A DNA stretch of 64,000 nucleotides from Obrimoposthia wandeli (Eukaryota): the NCBI GenBank assembly GCA_977020255.1, contig CDROCS010002069.1, positions 62,001 to 126,000 of the forward strand, given 5' to 3'. Made by a program: the position numbers and the translations under genes. Positions 35,404-49,100 of this stretch are shown piece after piece. Each line of letters begins with the position of its first letter. Within the stretch, counting starts at the first letter, position 1. The notes under the pieces are model-generated. The model ran no database searches. It worked only from the letters and a program-made list of their open reading frames with translations, and was not told the DNA's origin.

Positions 35404-36007
35404 TAAAATGGAATTCCTCCCTAATTGTGGGCACTTTAGATTAATTTAAAATGTCAATTTAAATTGACGAAAAATTAATTATTTTCTTAATTAATATCCC
35501 AACACAATTTATCCATAATTTGTTTTCGAAATTAAATCAAGAGTGAATTATTGCAGTTTTGTTATATATTTATTTGGGAAAAAGAAACTTTGCGAATCAA
35601 AATTACTAATAATAGTGCTGAAAAATCCCAAATATTAAAAATACGTATGTCTTCTTGTTCTGTAAGTCACTGAATTTTACCGATTCTTTTGTCGACCCCA
35701 TCAAATACATTTTTTGTGCTTCAGGGTTTTCGTGCTGCTATGTTGATACATTTGTAATTGTATGGTTGACATTGCTAAAACTGTCTGTTTTTTTCTAGCA
35801 TGTTTTGAGAATGTTTTCAAGAGAGTTTTTATGAGTAGTATTTGTTAGAAATAATTTAAAAACTTTAATAAAAACAAATTATAATTCATTGAAAAAGAAA
35901 ATAAATAGAATTCATTTCATTAGTAAAATTTTGTTTGAAATTTCCTTAATTAGGGAAATATTTTTTAATTAACAATGCACTTTGGCATATTTGTTATCTC
36001 CTTGTCA

Positions 36008-36057
36008 GTCCCTGACCGACTTAACCAGTTTCGCCCTGCCGGGGTCATCAGGGAGAC
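36008..36057 (-). ncRNA. Type I hammerhead ribozyme, mutated paralog of 34002-34046
   Basis: Minus strand GTCTCC-CTGATGA-CCCC GGCA GGGC-GAA-ACTGG TTAAG TCGGT-C-AGGGAC. The first pair of stem II is mismatched. Confidence 0.7.
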
Positions 36058-37186
36058 GGAAAAGTTATCTCTGGCTTCACAGTGGGCAAAATGCCCGCAA
36101 AGTCAGAGATAAGGAGAAAAAGAATCAGAAGGCGCATATTTGGCTGGGATACAGAAGTTGATCAACTTTTTCCAGCATAGTCAGAGCCGGCTGTCCGATT
36201 GACTGACTTTGGATCCATTATTCTCATCCATCGTCCACACTCTCATCTACATTATTATTTGTTAATATTTGCAAATAATTTGTTGTTGTTCTTTACAAAA
36301 ACTTGAATTTTACATTTGACTTAATTTCATCTGTTAAATGTTATTTTCAGAGAAAAAAAATTAAATAACATCAGTATATATCATATTTTATCTAGATTCT
36401 CAGATTTTTTTGACAGGGTTTATGCTTTTAATTATTTTATTAAACGTAATTATTTTGTAAATCTTTAATATATAACTTTAACTCACTTTTTGATGCATAT
36501 GGATATTTTATTGATATTTTTGAAAATAATTGTTGTTTTAATAAATATTAAAACTGCATTTTATACCAATATAATACTTTTAAAATGAATTATAGTCAAA
36601 TTTAAGAAACATTTTAGCAATAATGTATAACTTTTAACTATTTCGAATGTTATATTTGGTAGTCATTCTAATTGCATATTATTTATAACGCTCTATGACA
36701 CACTATGAAGCAGTTAACCATCTCGATAAAAATATTTTAATAACAAAAACTATAAAACAATGATTCATAGTGATTTCGACCCAGTATCTTTGGATAAAGT
36801 ATTCTCATTTTAATTGTATAATTCTTACTATAGCTTTTTTTATTAAACTATCCAAAAGTTAATTTAAAGTTACGTAAACTTTTAAATATTTACAATTTTA
36901 AAGTAAAACAACACAAAATATTAAAAGCTGCACATGTTTAAGTTTTTTTATATTTAGATTTTTTTAATATGAATTTTAAATTAATATTTGTAAAATTTAT
37001 GACAATGTAAAAGTTGAGAATTTTTTAAAATTTGTAATTCTATAAAAGTTATTTTAATATACACATGAAATAAAACTAATTTGAATTTTCGTAATAAAAA
37101 TATGTAGGTCATATATTGTAAATTTGTTTGAAAATTGTTTCTTTTTTAAATACTGTAATTTTTAAATACTGTTATTTTTTTTGAAA

Positions 37187-40100
37187 ATGGCTCGGTCAAA
37201 GTCGAGATCACCAAATAAAAAGGATAAGTCATATAAACATAAAAGTCGCAGAAGTAGATCCAAGGATAAACATAGAACTAGACGAAGTCCCAAACATGAT
37301 TCTAGAAGCAAAAAGTAAGCCATTGTAATTTCTGTTAATTTAGCAAACCTCAAGTGAAACGATATATTAATAATTATAAAAATGAAATGTATAATCATGA
37401 AATTGTATATTTCAGTGCGTAATCTATTCAAATATTATGTTAATTTTTAGTTTGCCTACCAATTATATTTTTTAAATCTTTATTTATTTTACAATGTTTT
37501 ACAGGACTGATTAATTTTCAAAATATATCCATCAATGAACATAAATCCTCTGAAAACTTAACAAGATATTCTTTCCAAATTTGATTTTAAAAATTGTCCA
37601 TTTTTACATAAAATATCATTCAAATTTCATTTTAGCTTTCACGATTCTTTTTAATTTTTTTGTCTCAAATTTGTGTGTTTCTTACTAAAGTATATTACAT
37701 ATTTCTATTCAATTACCATTTAAAACTCAAGATATAATAATTTAGAAAAAAATAAAAAATTGATGACAAAAAAAAGCATATCTGAAACTTTTATAAAAAT
37801 GGTTATTAAAATATAATAATTTGATACTAGTATACTATTATTTAAGCAGATCGATAGAAAAAAATTCTCGCAAAAAATCAAACAAACGATCTCAATTGAA
37901 GGAGTTCGAAAAAAGAATTGAAGAAACTCGACGTAGGGAAGAAACAGAGAAAAGGTTAGCTATATTCAATTGACTATACATTTAAGACCCATTGTTATTA
38001 TTCATACTTTGTATATTTAGTACTCAATAAAACTGTAGGAAGTCAACTACAGAATCAATATAACATAGTTTATTCAAGTAAAAAAGTGAGAAATCTTTGT
38101 GTGTTTCAATAATTGTGATAAAAAGCTCCTCACACTGTTAAAATATCACTAATCTCTATCTGCAAAGGGTTTCTAAGTGGAATGTTCATACACTTTGAAA
38201 GCTTCACTAAAGTTGGCTCTTTAATCTGAATATATCTTGCATAAGCATCATGTTCATTTTCACTGTTTTCGCATTGTAATATCTTTTTTGTATTCTTCAT
38301 TGTCGGACATTTTATATTTTTCGAATTGTTAGCTCTATCTTACGACTTAATTTTCACAAAGAAACTTCCATATTGACATTGCATTTGCTATAGTATATTG
38401 CCTTTCAATAAATAAGACAATTGAATTGTAAAAATGTTTACTCCATTCCATAAACTACTAATATATATTTGAGTAGATATTAAAATCCTGTTACCTTATC
38501 GAGTAATCACACTAGACTACTATTTACCGGAAAAATTCTGTCAGGTTTCTCTAAATTTGCTGTTTTAGCTAGTACCAATTTAGCTATTTTAGCAAACTTT
38601 TCATTTTTGCTGTGGCAATATTTCAAATTTATTTAAACTATCAATTAAATCATGTGCTTTCATTTCGAACATTCGATGAACATCCACTGGCTGTTACCTA
38701 TTCCACACAATAATCTATCATTTTTGAGCCAGTTATTGTTTTCTTTCAACAATTCTTCCAGCGTCAGATAAGGTTTTCTGATGAACATTAATTCTCTTTT
38801 TTATTGCATTTTCTATTCCAATTTTTCATATTGCTTGCTTGTGTTTTAAATGGTGAGATAAATATCCAGTATTTTTTCCCTGAAATAAATGTTTTTTTCT
38901 CGCATATTTGGCATTTACTTATTTTTTCCTATTACAAAACGCTGTTAAATGCTTCTACTTTCTTTCATATGCAGTTTTTCTTCCCATTTCTGTGGGATTT
39001 TTTTCTGTAAATAAATGATAAATTTTAAACTACTCAAAATTAATTTGTTTACTTACTTAAAACTGCAAATTTAAAACCAATTTATAAAAAAACTGAAATA
39101 TATGTTTACCACCAGCAATTAATTTGAAATTTACGACACTAGTAAGAGTGCTAATTTTACCTCCAAAAATTGAAATGAATTAACATTTAGCAAAATATAT
39201 TTTATACCGTTTTTTTGCGTTTTTGTTCTTGTAACATAATTTAAATTTGATGCATTATGTAACGTAATTTTACAAATAAAGTTTTACATCACTGCTTTTA
39301 ATATATATTAAATTTCATGTTTTAAAGAAATTTTTATTAAAAAACATTAAATTAAAAAAAATCTTGAAATTTGAGAAATATTTCATCCCATATTCCAATG
39401 TCCTGTTCTCAAAAATATTTTGTTTTTTAACGTATTCACAGGTGTTATATTAAAAAAAAAGGCGTAACACCGAAGTTGCTGAAATTTAAAAAAATGTTAA
39501 AAGCGTAAAATTTGGCACATCCAGTCAATTTATGTTATGTTTAAAATATATTCATTTTTCTGTCAACGTAAGTCTATAAAGATCGTGCTGCTTTGTTAGA
39601 GGAACCTCTTCAAGACATTGTACAAATACTCATTTGACGTAGCTTACTGTCAAAATATATATATTTAACTGACATTCAACCTTAATCTTTGACGAATTAA
39701 CATTCTGTCAAAGCTGCACACTGCCTTTTATTGTTTATTATTTAGTTTTTCCTAGATTTATCTCAAGGCTCATTTTTACTTGAAAATATATTTAATGGTT
39801 GATTAAGACCAGGGGTGGCCAACCCAAAACGCTTCGCAGGCCACTATAGCCAAGCAAAGCCACAAACGCGGGTCGCATGTACATTCTGAACATAGAAATC
39901 AAAACAAACTATTGATTAAGCATTTCTTGTTTTACTTGAAAAGATTCGGTAATTTCACGAATAAATATTACAAGTTGAGACGTGTCTGATAAATCTATGC
40001 TTTATCAAATGCCAAAGAATAATTTTTAAAATCTTTTATCTGATCACGCAAAGTCATCAGTATTTCATTTGAAATGTCATTGATTCGGCGACACATAGTT

Positions 40101-43100
40101 TGACGTGACAAGCTGATGTTTGAAAACATTCTACTTTTATCAGGTAAAACATCTTTTATCACAGCATCCAAACACTCTTTTACAAATTCTCCGTCTGTAA
40201 ATGGTTTCATTTTCCTAGCAATTATAGATGCAACAGAATAACTGGATTTAACAATAACATATGACCGTTGTAACGATGAATCAAAGATTTTTTGTTGATA
40301 TTTCAGTTCCGATTTAAACGCTACCAGTTTCGTTATTTTCAATTCTTTCTTGTACTAAATTTCTTGTATTCGCATTGTTTTGTTTCATGATGTCTTTTTA
40401 CATTGTACTCTTTCAAAACTGCTACATTCTCTCTGCAAATTAGACATGCCAGTTTAGAGTTTTGCATTATGAAAAAGTAATCTTCTTCCCAACGATCGAT
40501 GAATTGTCTATTTTCCTCTGAAATTCTCCTTTTCTTCATACTTATTTTGAATATTTTGAATATTAAAACACAAGTAAGTTTGAAACTTCATAAATATTTT
40601 TTGGTAGTTAAATTTAATTTATTAATATTTACTATTATAAATTGATAGGGAAGTTAAATATTTTTATGTGTACAAGCTTTGTTTAATATATATAAAAATA
40701 TAATAAAATTAATATTCTTTAAATTTAGAGATAAAAATATTATTACGTGATTTCATGTGAAGCATCTCCATATTCATCACTAGTCACTCAAGAGCAAACC
40801 CTACTTACTCTGCGTGACAATTTTGCTCGCCGTTCTATAGCTTAAATACTACTTACATAATTTCTCACGCGGGCCGCACCAAATGCTGTCTTGGGCCGCA
40901 TGCAGCCCGTGGGCATCGGGTTGGCCACCCCTGATTTAGACGGTCACTACGAAAACACTGGAAATTTGAATAAACGAATGATTTTGATTTATTTTCTCTA
41001 ACATAATTTTAGAAATTCATTACTATAAGCCATGACTAATATTTAATTAATGTTAAATTAAACTTAAGTTTTGATTTTTAATTAATTTTTTTTTAAAATA
41101 TATCAAATACTTTATATATTTTTTTTTTTCATGTGTCAAACATAATGTTTGAATATATAAAAAAATTCTATAAAAACTAATTAATATTTACTTTTTTTAT
41201 CAAAATTTAGTTATTACAACAAAAATGAATACTGTAAATACTTTAAATTCATATATTTCTAAAATTTAACATATAAAATTTGTGTAATAAAAATTGCTTA
41301 CCTAAAATTTAACATATAAAATTTGTGAATAAAATGGCTATTTAGCCTATTTATACTAGGCAGCCATTTGTTCATCATGCATCCATTTTTATTTATTTTT
41401 GATGCGATAAAATAAATTTAAACTATAAAGCGCAATTCTAATTGCAACATACCCCCCTCCTTGATTAAACATTAATCAATAACACAACCAGAGGTATGTC
41501 ACAATTTATTGCTGATTAACTAGCTAAAATACAGCTACAGAGAACCAAAAAAGAATAAATTTATATCTCATAATACCCGACACAAATTTCTTAGCGACTT
41601 CGTCTTTTCCTTACCTTCCACCATCAATCTAACTACTCCTACTAATCCATCTTGTCCTTTTATCAACTCTATTATTCTAGCTAACGGCCATTTGCCTCGC
41701 TCATTTTTCTTCTCTAATACCAACACAACATCATCTATTTTTAACGGTTCTTTTGCCTCCCACCACTTCTGTCTAACAGCCCACGTCGGCACTATCTCTT
41801 CCATCCATCTCTTCCATAATTGATTTACCAGATTTTGCAACAACTTCCATCTCATTAAATTACATTTCAACTTATAATATTTTATATTTATTTGCCCCAA
41901 TATAGTTTTTATGGTTGATGGCAGAAGCCTATATAGAAAATGTCGCAGATAAATAGGAACACTAAATACAATTTATTTGAACCAAAGTTAAAGAATGTTA
42001 ATACGTTGTGTTCTTTTCTATATATACAGAAAATATATTGTGCGTTGAATTCATAAACTTCTGAATGTCTAAATTGATAATTTATTATACTCTTTGTTTA
42101 TTGATTTCTTTAGCTCTTTGTTTGTTCTGTATTGTTTGTTTTCACAATAAACATGCTCGACAAGAAACACCCTATATTAACTATCGCGTTGGGATCTGAT
42201 GATTTACTTCAATAATATCTAGTATCTAAGCTATAATTTCGTTTTCTATAATCTTTGTTTGAATTAATATTTTCATCATATAGAATTTGCATATTCTTTA
42301 TACTTTTTAAATATATAATATCATAGTTAAAATATTTAATATTCTTACGAATAACGTTTTTTCTAATCTTGTTCTTTTTCTAATCTTTCAATTTCAATAT
42401 ATATATATATATGAGATAATCCAAATTGAAATATATAAATAATAAGTAAAATAACATTAAAACATAAAATGTTTCTATTTATATAAGACACTTGAGACAA
42501 ATTGTAAAAAACTCATTATGAGGGAGCCAGTCACCCAACAGTGCTTCTGTCCTAATTCAGACTGTTTGCATGTCGATGATTGGTCTGTTACTTATTCCAC
42601 AGAATAATTTTTGAGGCTGTTATTGGTGTTATCGTTTTCTTTCAACAATTCCTCCAGCTTCATATAAGGTTTCTTAATAATAATAAGATAATAAAACTAT
42701 TGCTTGCTTGCGTTTTAAATAGTTAGATAAATATCCAGTATGTATTCCTCTCGTATATTTTGAATATACTTATCCATTTTTTTCTGTAAATAAATGATAC
42801 ATTTTAAATAACTCACAAAATTAATTTGTTTACTTAAGACTACAAAATTGAAACAAATTTATAAAAAAACTAAAATATATGTTTACCACCAGCAATCAAT
42901 TTGAAATTTACGACACTAGCCATGTAAGAGGGCTAATTTTACCCAATAAAATTGAAATGAATTAATATTTAGCAAAATATATTTTCTATAATGAAAAGTG
43001 AAGTAAAATTAGCAATATAACAGTAAATCATATAAAGAAAAGTGAAGCAAAATTTGCAATAAATAATCAATGAAAATAAATGTTTTATAAATAAAATAAA

Positions 43101-46100
43101 GAAAAACCTGTTTTGTGCTCTTGATCTAGCTCACCAAAATGTTAAGTTTATCTGGTGGTAAAAACAAAACATAATTAGTTAAAATTGTTTTTGTAGAGTT
43201 GAATCCTTTCGAGAACCAGTTAAAATTGTTTTTGTAGAGTTGAATCCTTTCGAGTACCAATAAAAATTGCTTCTGTATATCAAATAACGTTCAAAATAAA
43301 TTGATAATTATATTGTAGCCCAACAAAATATTGTCAGAAAATCTATTTTTAGTATCTTAGAATAACATTGAAGATATACAGTAAGACTGCAGTTTATATA
43401 GAGGAGAGATATAAGTTTGTATACAATACGTCTTTTGTTCAGTTCCAATTCAATAAATCAGACGAAGGGCTAATGGCTGCACGTTTGACTGTAGGCTCGG
43501 CAATGTTGTTGCTGCTGTCTCCGCTTACCGAGAGAAGAGAACTTTCATCAATCTCGACGACTGTTCCAGAACCTCCGGATGCTCTAAGAAATGTTCTGCA
43601 CATATATCTCTGCAGTAATTTTGCCAGTTGACAACAGCTTCTGTTGCCAAACCACATTCAAACATCAGAACTTTCGTAGTAGGACATTTCATATACCCAA
43701 TAGTACATCAAGTCTACAACCTGCGTCAGACTTAATTTTCCAGAAAAGTATCTGTTCTCGTTCTTGCGACATGGTCTTTTGGTGCATCTCCATATGTGTG
43801 GATCTTTGGGGTGTAAGTCCTTAGTAAATTTCATGATTTCACCAGTCAGGACAAGTTCTTGGAGTATATAATAATCCATAGTTTTGTAAAAAAACAATAA
43901 CATTCTCAGGAGTTGATGTTAACCGCTCTAACTCACGTTTATTTACATTTGAAACACTCGGTGAGACACAAGAAAAACTCAAAAATGAAAATTACTTAGC
44001 TTGTTATTTAAACAAATAATATAATTATTTAAATTTTTTATTATGGGGCCCGGAAACGAAAAAGTGCCGCATTTTCAGCACTCACTCACCCAGTCACGGA
44101 CTGTTTGCATGTCGATGATTGGTCTGACCAGAACTCGGTGTGAAATTCCAGATATCTCTAAATTAAGCAATATTTAATGTGGCCCGAAATCATTGAATAC
44201 TAAATAAATTAAATCTACTTTAGATTAATTAATATCGCCCTAGATTGGATAATATGCATGTCCCTCCAGTACTTAAGTAATAAACAATGAATAATTATAT
44301 TTTAAAAATATTTACTTTTTATGATAATTTAAAATATAATTTCATCTGACATTTATTAATTTACAAAAGTAGCTTCACGTTTAACCGACTGTACAACATA
44401 ATTACATAACAAATATATATAATTTCATGCAAATCAATATATCGGTCATTTGATGCCATCAAAACTCTTATCGTCGTCTTGACTTCATTAAAATCCATTT
44501 GAGTTTTGAGTTAAAATTATATCCGTGTATTTCCTTCTTTCGTCACAACATTGAGATCTATATTCTTGAAAAGTTTCCAGGTGACATTAGCAGTGTGACT
44601 TGATTTTTAAAATGTTTTTTTACTGATGGAAGGCTTATTCTCCATTTTACACTCCTTTGATAATATTATTTGTCAACTCATAGTAAAAGGGATGTAAGTT
44701 TTAAAATGTTACGAGGGGATATCGCAATCTACATCATAAGCTTTAGCTCAAATCTCTTTGTTTGAGATGTACTATGTTCAAGTTATATTATTCTAGAATG
44801 AGTTATTTGATATTTAGTCGCTCTCTAGAGTAAAATATGCATCGTCTAGAATTACACCAGGGCAGCTATTATCCAGCATCAATCGACAGATATTTTCATC
44901 CTGTTCCATATAAACTCCTTTCTACTTCTCTGTGACAAAGATAACCTTTTGTTGAGCGTAATCCTCTTTCTAAAAGAATGAATTAGATATATTGATGACC
45001 TTTTTCAAACTTTGAAGCAGCTCGAGGCTGTGATTTATTCTGATTAATTACAAAATCACATATCACACTCTGTTTTCGTAACGATTTAAAATATCATATA
45101 TGGTGTGACGTGCTATTCCGAATTTTTGAGGTACACATAAACTTGGATTTTGAATGAATTTTTGTGAAAAAGTTAAAATTCACTATTCATGTGACCATAA
45201 ATTAAAACATATTAAAGAAAAATTGTTAAAACAAATAGTTTTATTATACGAAATTTTTATATAACATCTTATTTTTAATATTTCATTAATAGTTGTAATG
45301 TATGGATTTTCATTTGCCACTCATTTATACAATCGTGTTCAGATTTAGTAAACAATGGTAGGTATTTTGAAATTGTTTACAAAATCTGTATATTTATCAC
45401 TTTGTTTTTGTTGTTGAAATAGTTTAAAACAAAAGGATCAGATGTTTCTTACTACCGGATTGATATGAATTAACGTAATTTAAAATAAAACATATGGTTT
45501 AAAGACAAATCGCAAATTTTAAAAGGTTAGATTACTGTTATAGAAGTCTTGTTATGAATGGCTAATTCAAATTAATTGCTGATTAGCAAATTTGTTTATT
45601 CGGCAATATTAATCTACATTTACCCCATAATCAGACCTAATCATCAACCTAAACAACACAAACCAAGGCCAAATCCACACAAACTCTCAACTAAGTGAAA
45701 AAAACAAATGTCTAACTCTGGGCACTCCTGTACCACTTCCAAACTACAAGAAAACAATTCATCTACCACGTTAACCTACCCAGTGACATATTGGTCTTTC
45801 TTTCCACAAACACTTTTCGTCTAAACTTAACTTTTTTAAAGGCTTCAATACGGTAGTTTTTTTCCAATTTAGACAAATTTGCATTTTCAACAATTAAAAA
45901 TTTCGATGGATTTGAGATATTAATAAATCGCAATGAAAGTCTATAATATTTAATAACTGCTAATCTTTAACCTCCTAAAAGTAGTTGGTCTAAGATTTAT
46001 AAAGGTCTTCAGAATTCTTGTGTTTTTTTCACCAATTTTCATCAATAGCTCCAACAATGTTGGATGAAGTACGTGATTTGTATCACCACTATTACATCTC

Positions 46101-49100
46101 CAGTACAATTATTGTGCATTTTTCTCTTTCGACTGGTTTTCTGCTTCATTTTGCTTACGCATTCATTTATAATATTTTTTTATCCAATATAACAAATAGG
46201 GTAAATTTCGGAAAGCGGTTTAAATTCAAAATGTATCCCTTAATCGTTACTGAATTTTATTTATTCAACAAGACTGAAATATACAGGGTTTAAGAAGGTT
46301 ACTTAAACAAGGTTGTTTACTTAAAACAACTGTACAATTATTTCCTTTGATTTAATGACTTAACCAACATTCAAAATTGATAATTTTGACTCAAATAAAA
46401 TTAATATCAAATAAGATTATAAAAATAGATATATTAACACTTATTACACTTAAAACTCTTTTATATGGTTGTTGTAATACATATTATTGTCAAATGTCAC
46501 TGTCCTGATATTCTTAAAATGGTTTTTAAAAACACTCATTCTATCTGTCATTGTTATGGGAAGTAGAAGTAACTCTTGGCATAGTCTTTTTCCAACTGTA
46601 TTAATGAAATTTCGTCATGTGATATTTCAACCAAAAGCTAAATTGAATAATATGTGAGAATTCGAGACAGTCTTATCAAGCATATCATAAAAAGACATAA
46701 AGATATGTTGTAGATTTTGTTGAATATAATCGTAAGATATTGTCCAGAATATCCACTCCCATTTTATTATGATTATAAAATGTAATTCTTTGTGGTTTTC
46801 CCTTTGACTGTTTCAATTAGACTTGCATTATATTAGTGAAAACTCATTAAATTTTTTTCAACAAAATCCATGTTAAATGTCCACCTTTTTGTTTGATAAA
46901 TTTCTGCAGTGCAACACTTATGCAAACATTTTGTCAATTCCATGTCTCGTTGCCAAATGTTCTACTAGAATTTCTTGAAGATTTGCGGTTTCTAGGCATT
47001 TATAAAATCTTCATTGATAATATTTTGGTTACCAAGTTAAAAAAAATCATTTTCAATTATTCTGAATTTGGTCACTTTAAAAAGAAGATTAATGGGAAGT
47101 AAAGTTAATTGACGTATTGAATCTTACTTGCCTTTATCGCCGACATTGCTTCGCAAATAATTACTAGATTCATTGAATTTAGTTTAAAATGGTTATGATC
47201 TCGTATTTTATTTAACAATAAAGGGCATCATAATTACATTCATTTAGATAACTACATAGGAGATTAAATATTTGGTAAAATACATAGGATCAACTGTATA
47301 TTTCAAATGAATTTGTTAAAAAATAATCAATAAATCGTCTTATATATTGTATATTATATATACAATGAAATATATTAAGAAAATATTAATTGGTTTTTAT
47401 CGATATTCTCCACTTGAGCTCCCATCTACACATTTGAATTAGTACTGATCACTAGTTTGCACACCCAATCCAATATATATTGGTATTACTTTCTTGATTT
47501 CATAACTGTATAATTATTATTCCGTACCTTTTTGTCACACCCAATCATCAATTAAAAGAAACAATAACATAAATTAATTAACTTCTCTCATCTTTCTAAT
47601 ACATTGCACAATATATTAACCGCATCACTAAATAAAACTCGAACACTTTATCTTTCATTGCTATTCATATTGTCGATTAACATTTTAATTGATCTCTTCG
47701 TAAATTTGATCTGAAATCATTTAAAAATGTAAATTAGGAGATCGAGATGGCCAACTACGGGTTTTAACGTTTGATGACCGAAAATTATTTACTATAAATG
47801 CAGTGGGAACTGAGCATTGCCTGTCGATAATTTATGTCGTTTAGTCATTTGATCACGCTGAGATGGTAATTAAGTTGACTTAATGACTCATCGCTGTATC
47901 ATTGTGTATAAACGTGTCATTTGTGACTTGCAGTCATCCCAACTGTCTGTCGAGCTAAGTCGCTGATATCCCTTGTAGTAAAAAACTATTAAAAAATATC
48001 TCAATTAGTATTTCAAAAATATTCTAGTCTGGTGTTGTGACCGAAATATATTGTAAAACACTACAGTGAAAATTCGTTTTAATCTATCAATATAAAGTTG
48101 TAAATAGTCTATCCAAAACCATGACAGATTTATTAAAATTAGGTCTCAGAATCGAAAATTTACCGACACAAATTTTTCTTTACGGTTTCTATTTTAATTT
48201 AAATTAGCATTTTTTTAAAACAAGTTAAAATTTTGTTCTTATTTAGTAATATTTACTTCTTAATTCTTTCACATAGAAAATCCAGTTTCTCAAATGTACA
48301 AGGCATCACACTCATTATTATAAAGTTGATAAATTAGATTAGCTTGTATACAGTTTGATGTCTTCAGTTTTTTGGGAAAATGTGTACATTTTTTGTGACC
48401 ATTAAAACTATTTTAACTCTACAGTTTTTCCCAAACCACTATTTTTCCAATAAAATTATGATTTTTGTCTTGTTGAACTTTAGATGACTTTTCCGGTTCA
48501 ACATCCTTGGTTAACAAAACATACCTTTTCAAAATGACTTTAAACGGCTATATGGTCAGTTAACTCACAATTAACTATAATAATAACTATATTTATGCAA
48601 CTTGTAGTATTTTCCCAAATATATTCATTTAATTAAACAACTTTCTGAATAATCCTGTTATTATCTTGACAGTACAATTTAATTCGAATCCTAATTTAGT
48701 CATACATTAGTTTCCCTATGTAATTGAAAAACTTTATACTTTAATAGGCCAATGAATGTATGACTTTTTATAAATTTATTCGAGTTTCTATAATTTTATA
48801 CAGACCGGATACTTTCTTTATTTACTTGGTGTAGTGCAATAACACCGTGCTGTGATTTAAATGTCCAATTATTTTTTTGATGCTGAGATAGCCGTTTGAA
48901 GTCACCATTCCCATATCATAATACACCATTGATTTAACACAGTGAAATTCTCTGTTGCATACGTAAACCTAAACATGATTAGATTGAGAAATCTTATTAA
49001 AATTACCAGTTATCTGGTTCATCAAGCATGAATCTCTTCTCAGTAAAAATGGCATTATTCCAATTAAAATTCTGAGAAAACCAATCAGTTATACATTCCA

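Noticed and set aside
34717-35434. Several overlapping short ORFs
   Set aside because: They overlap in conflicting frames within the ribozyme-bearing repeat and show no recognisable motifs.
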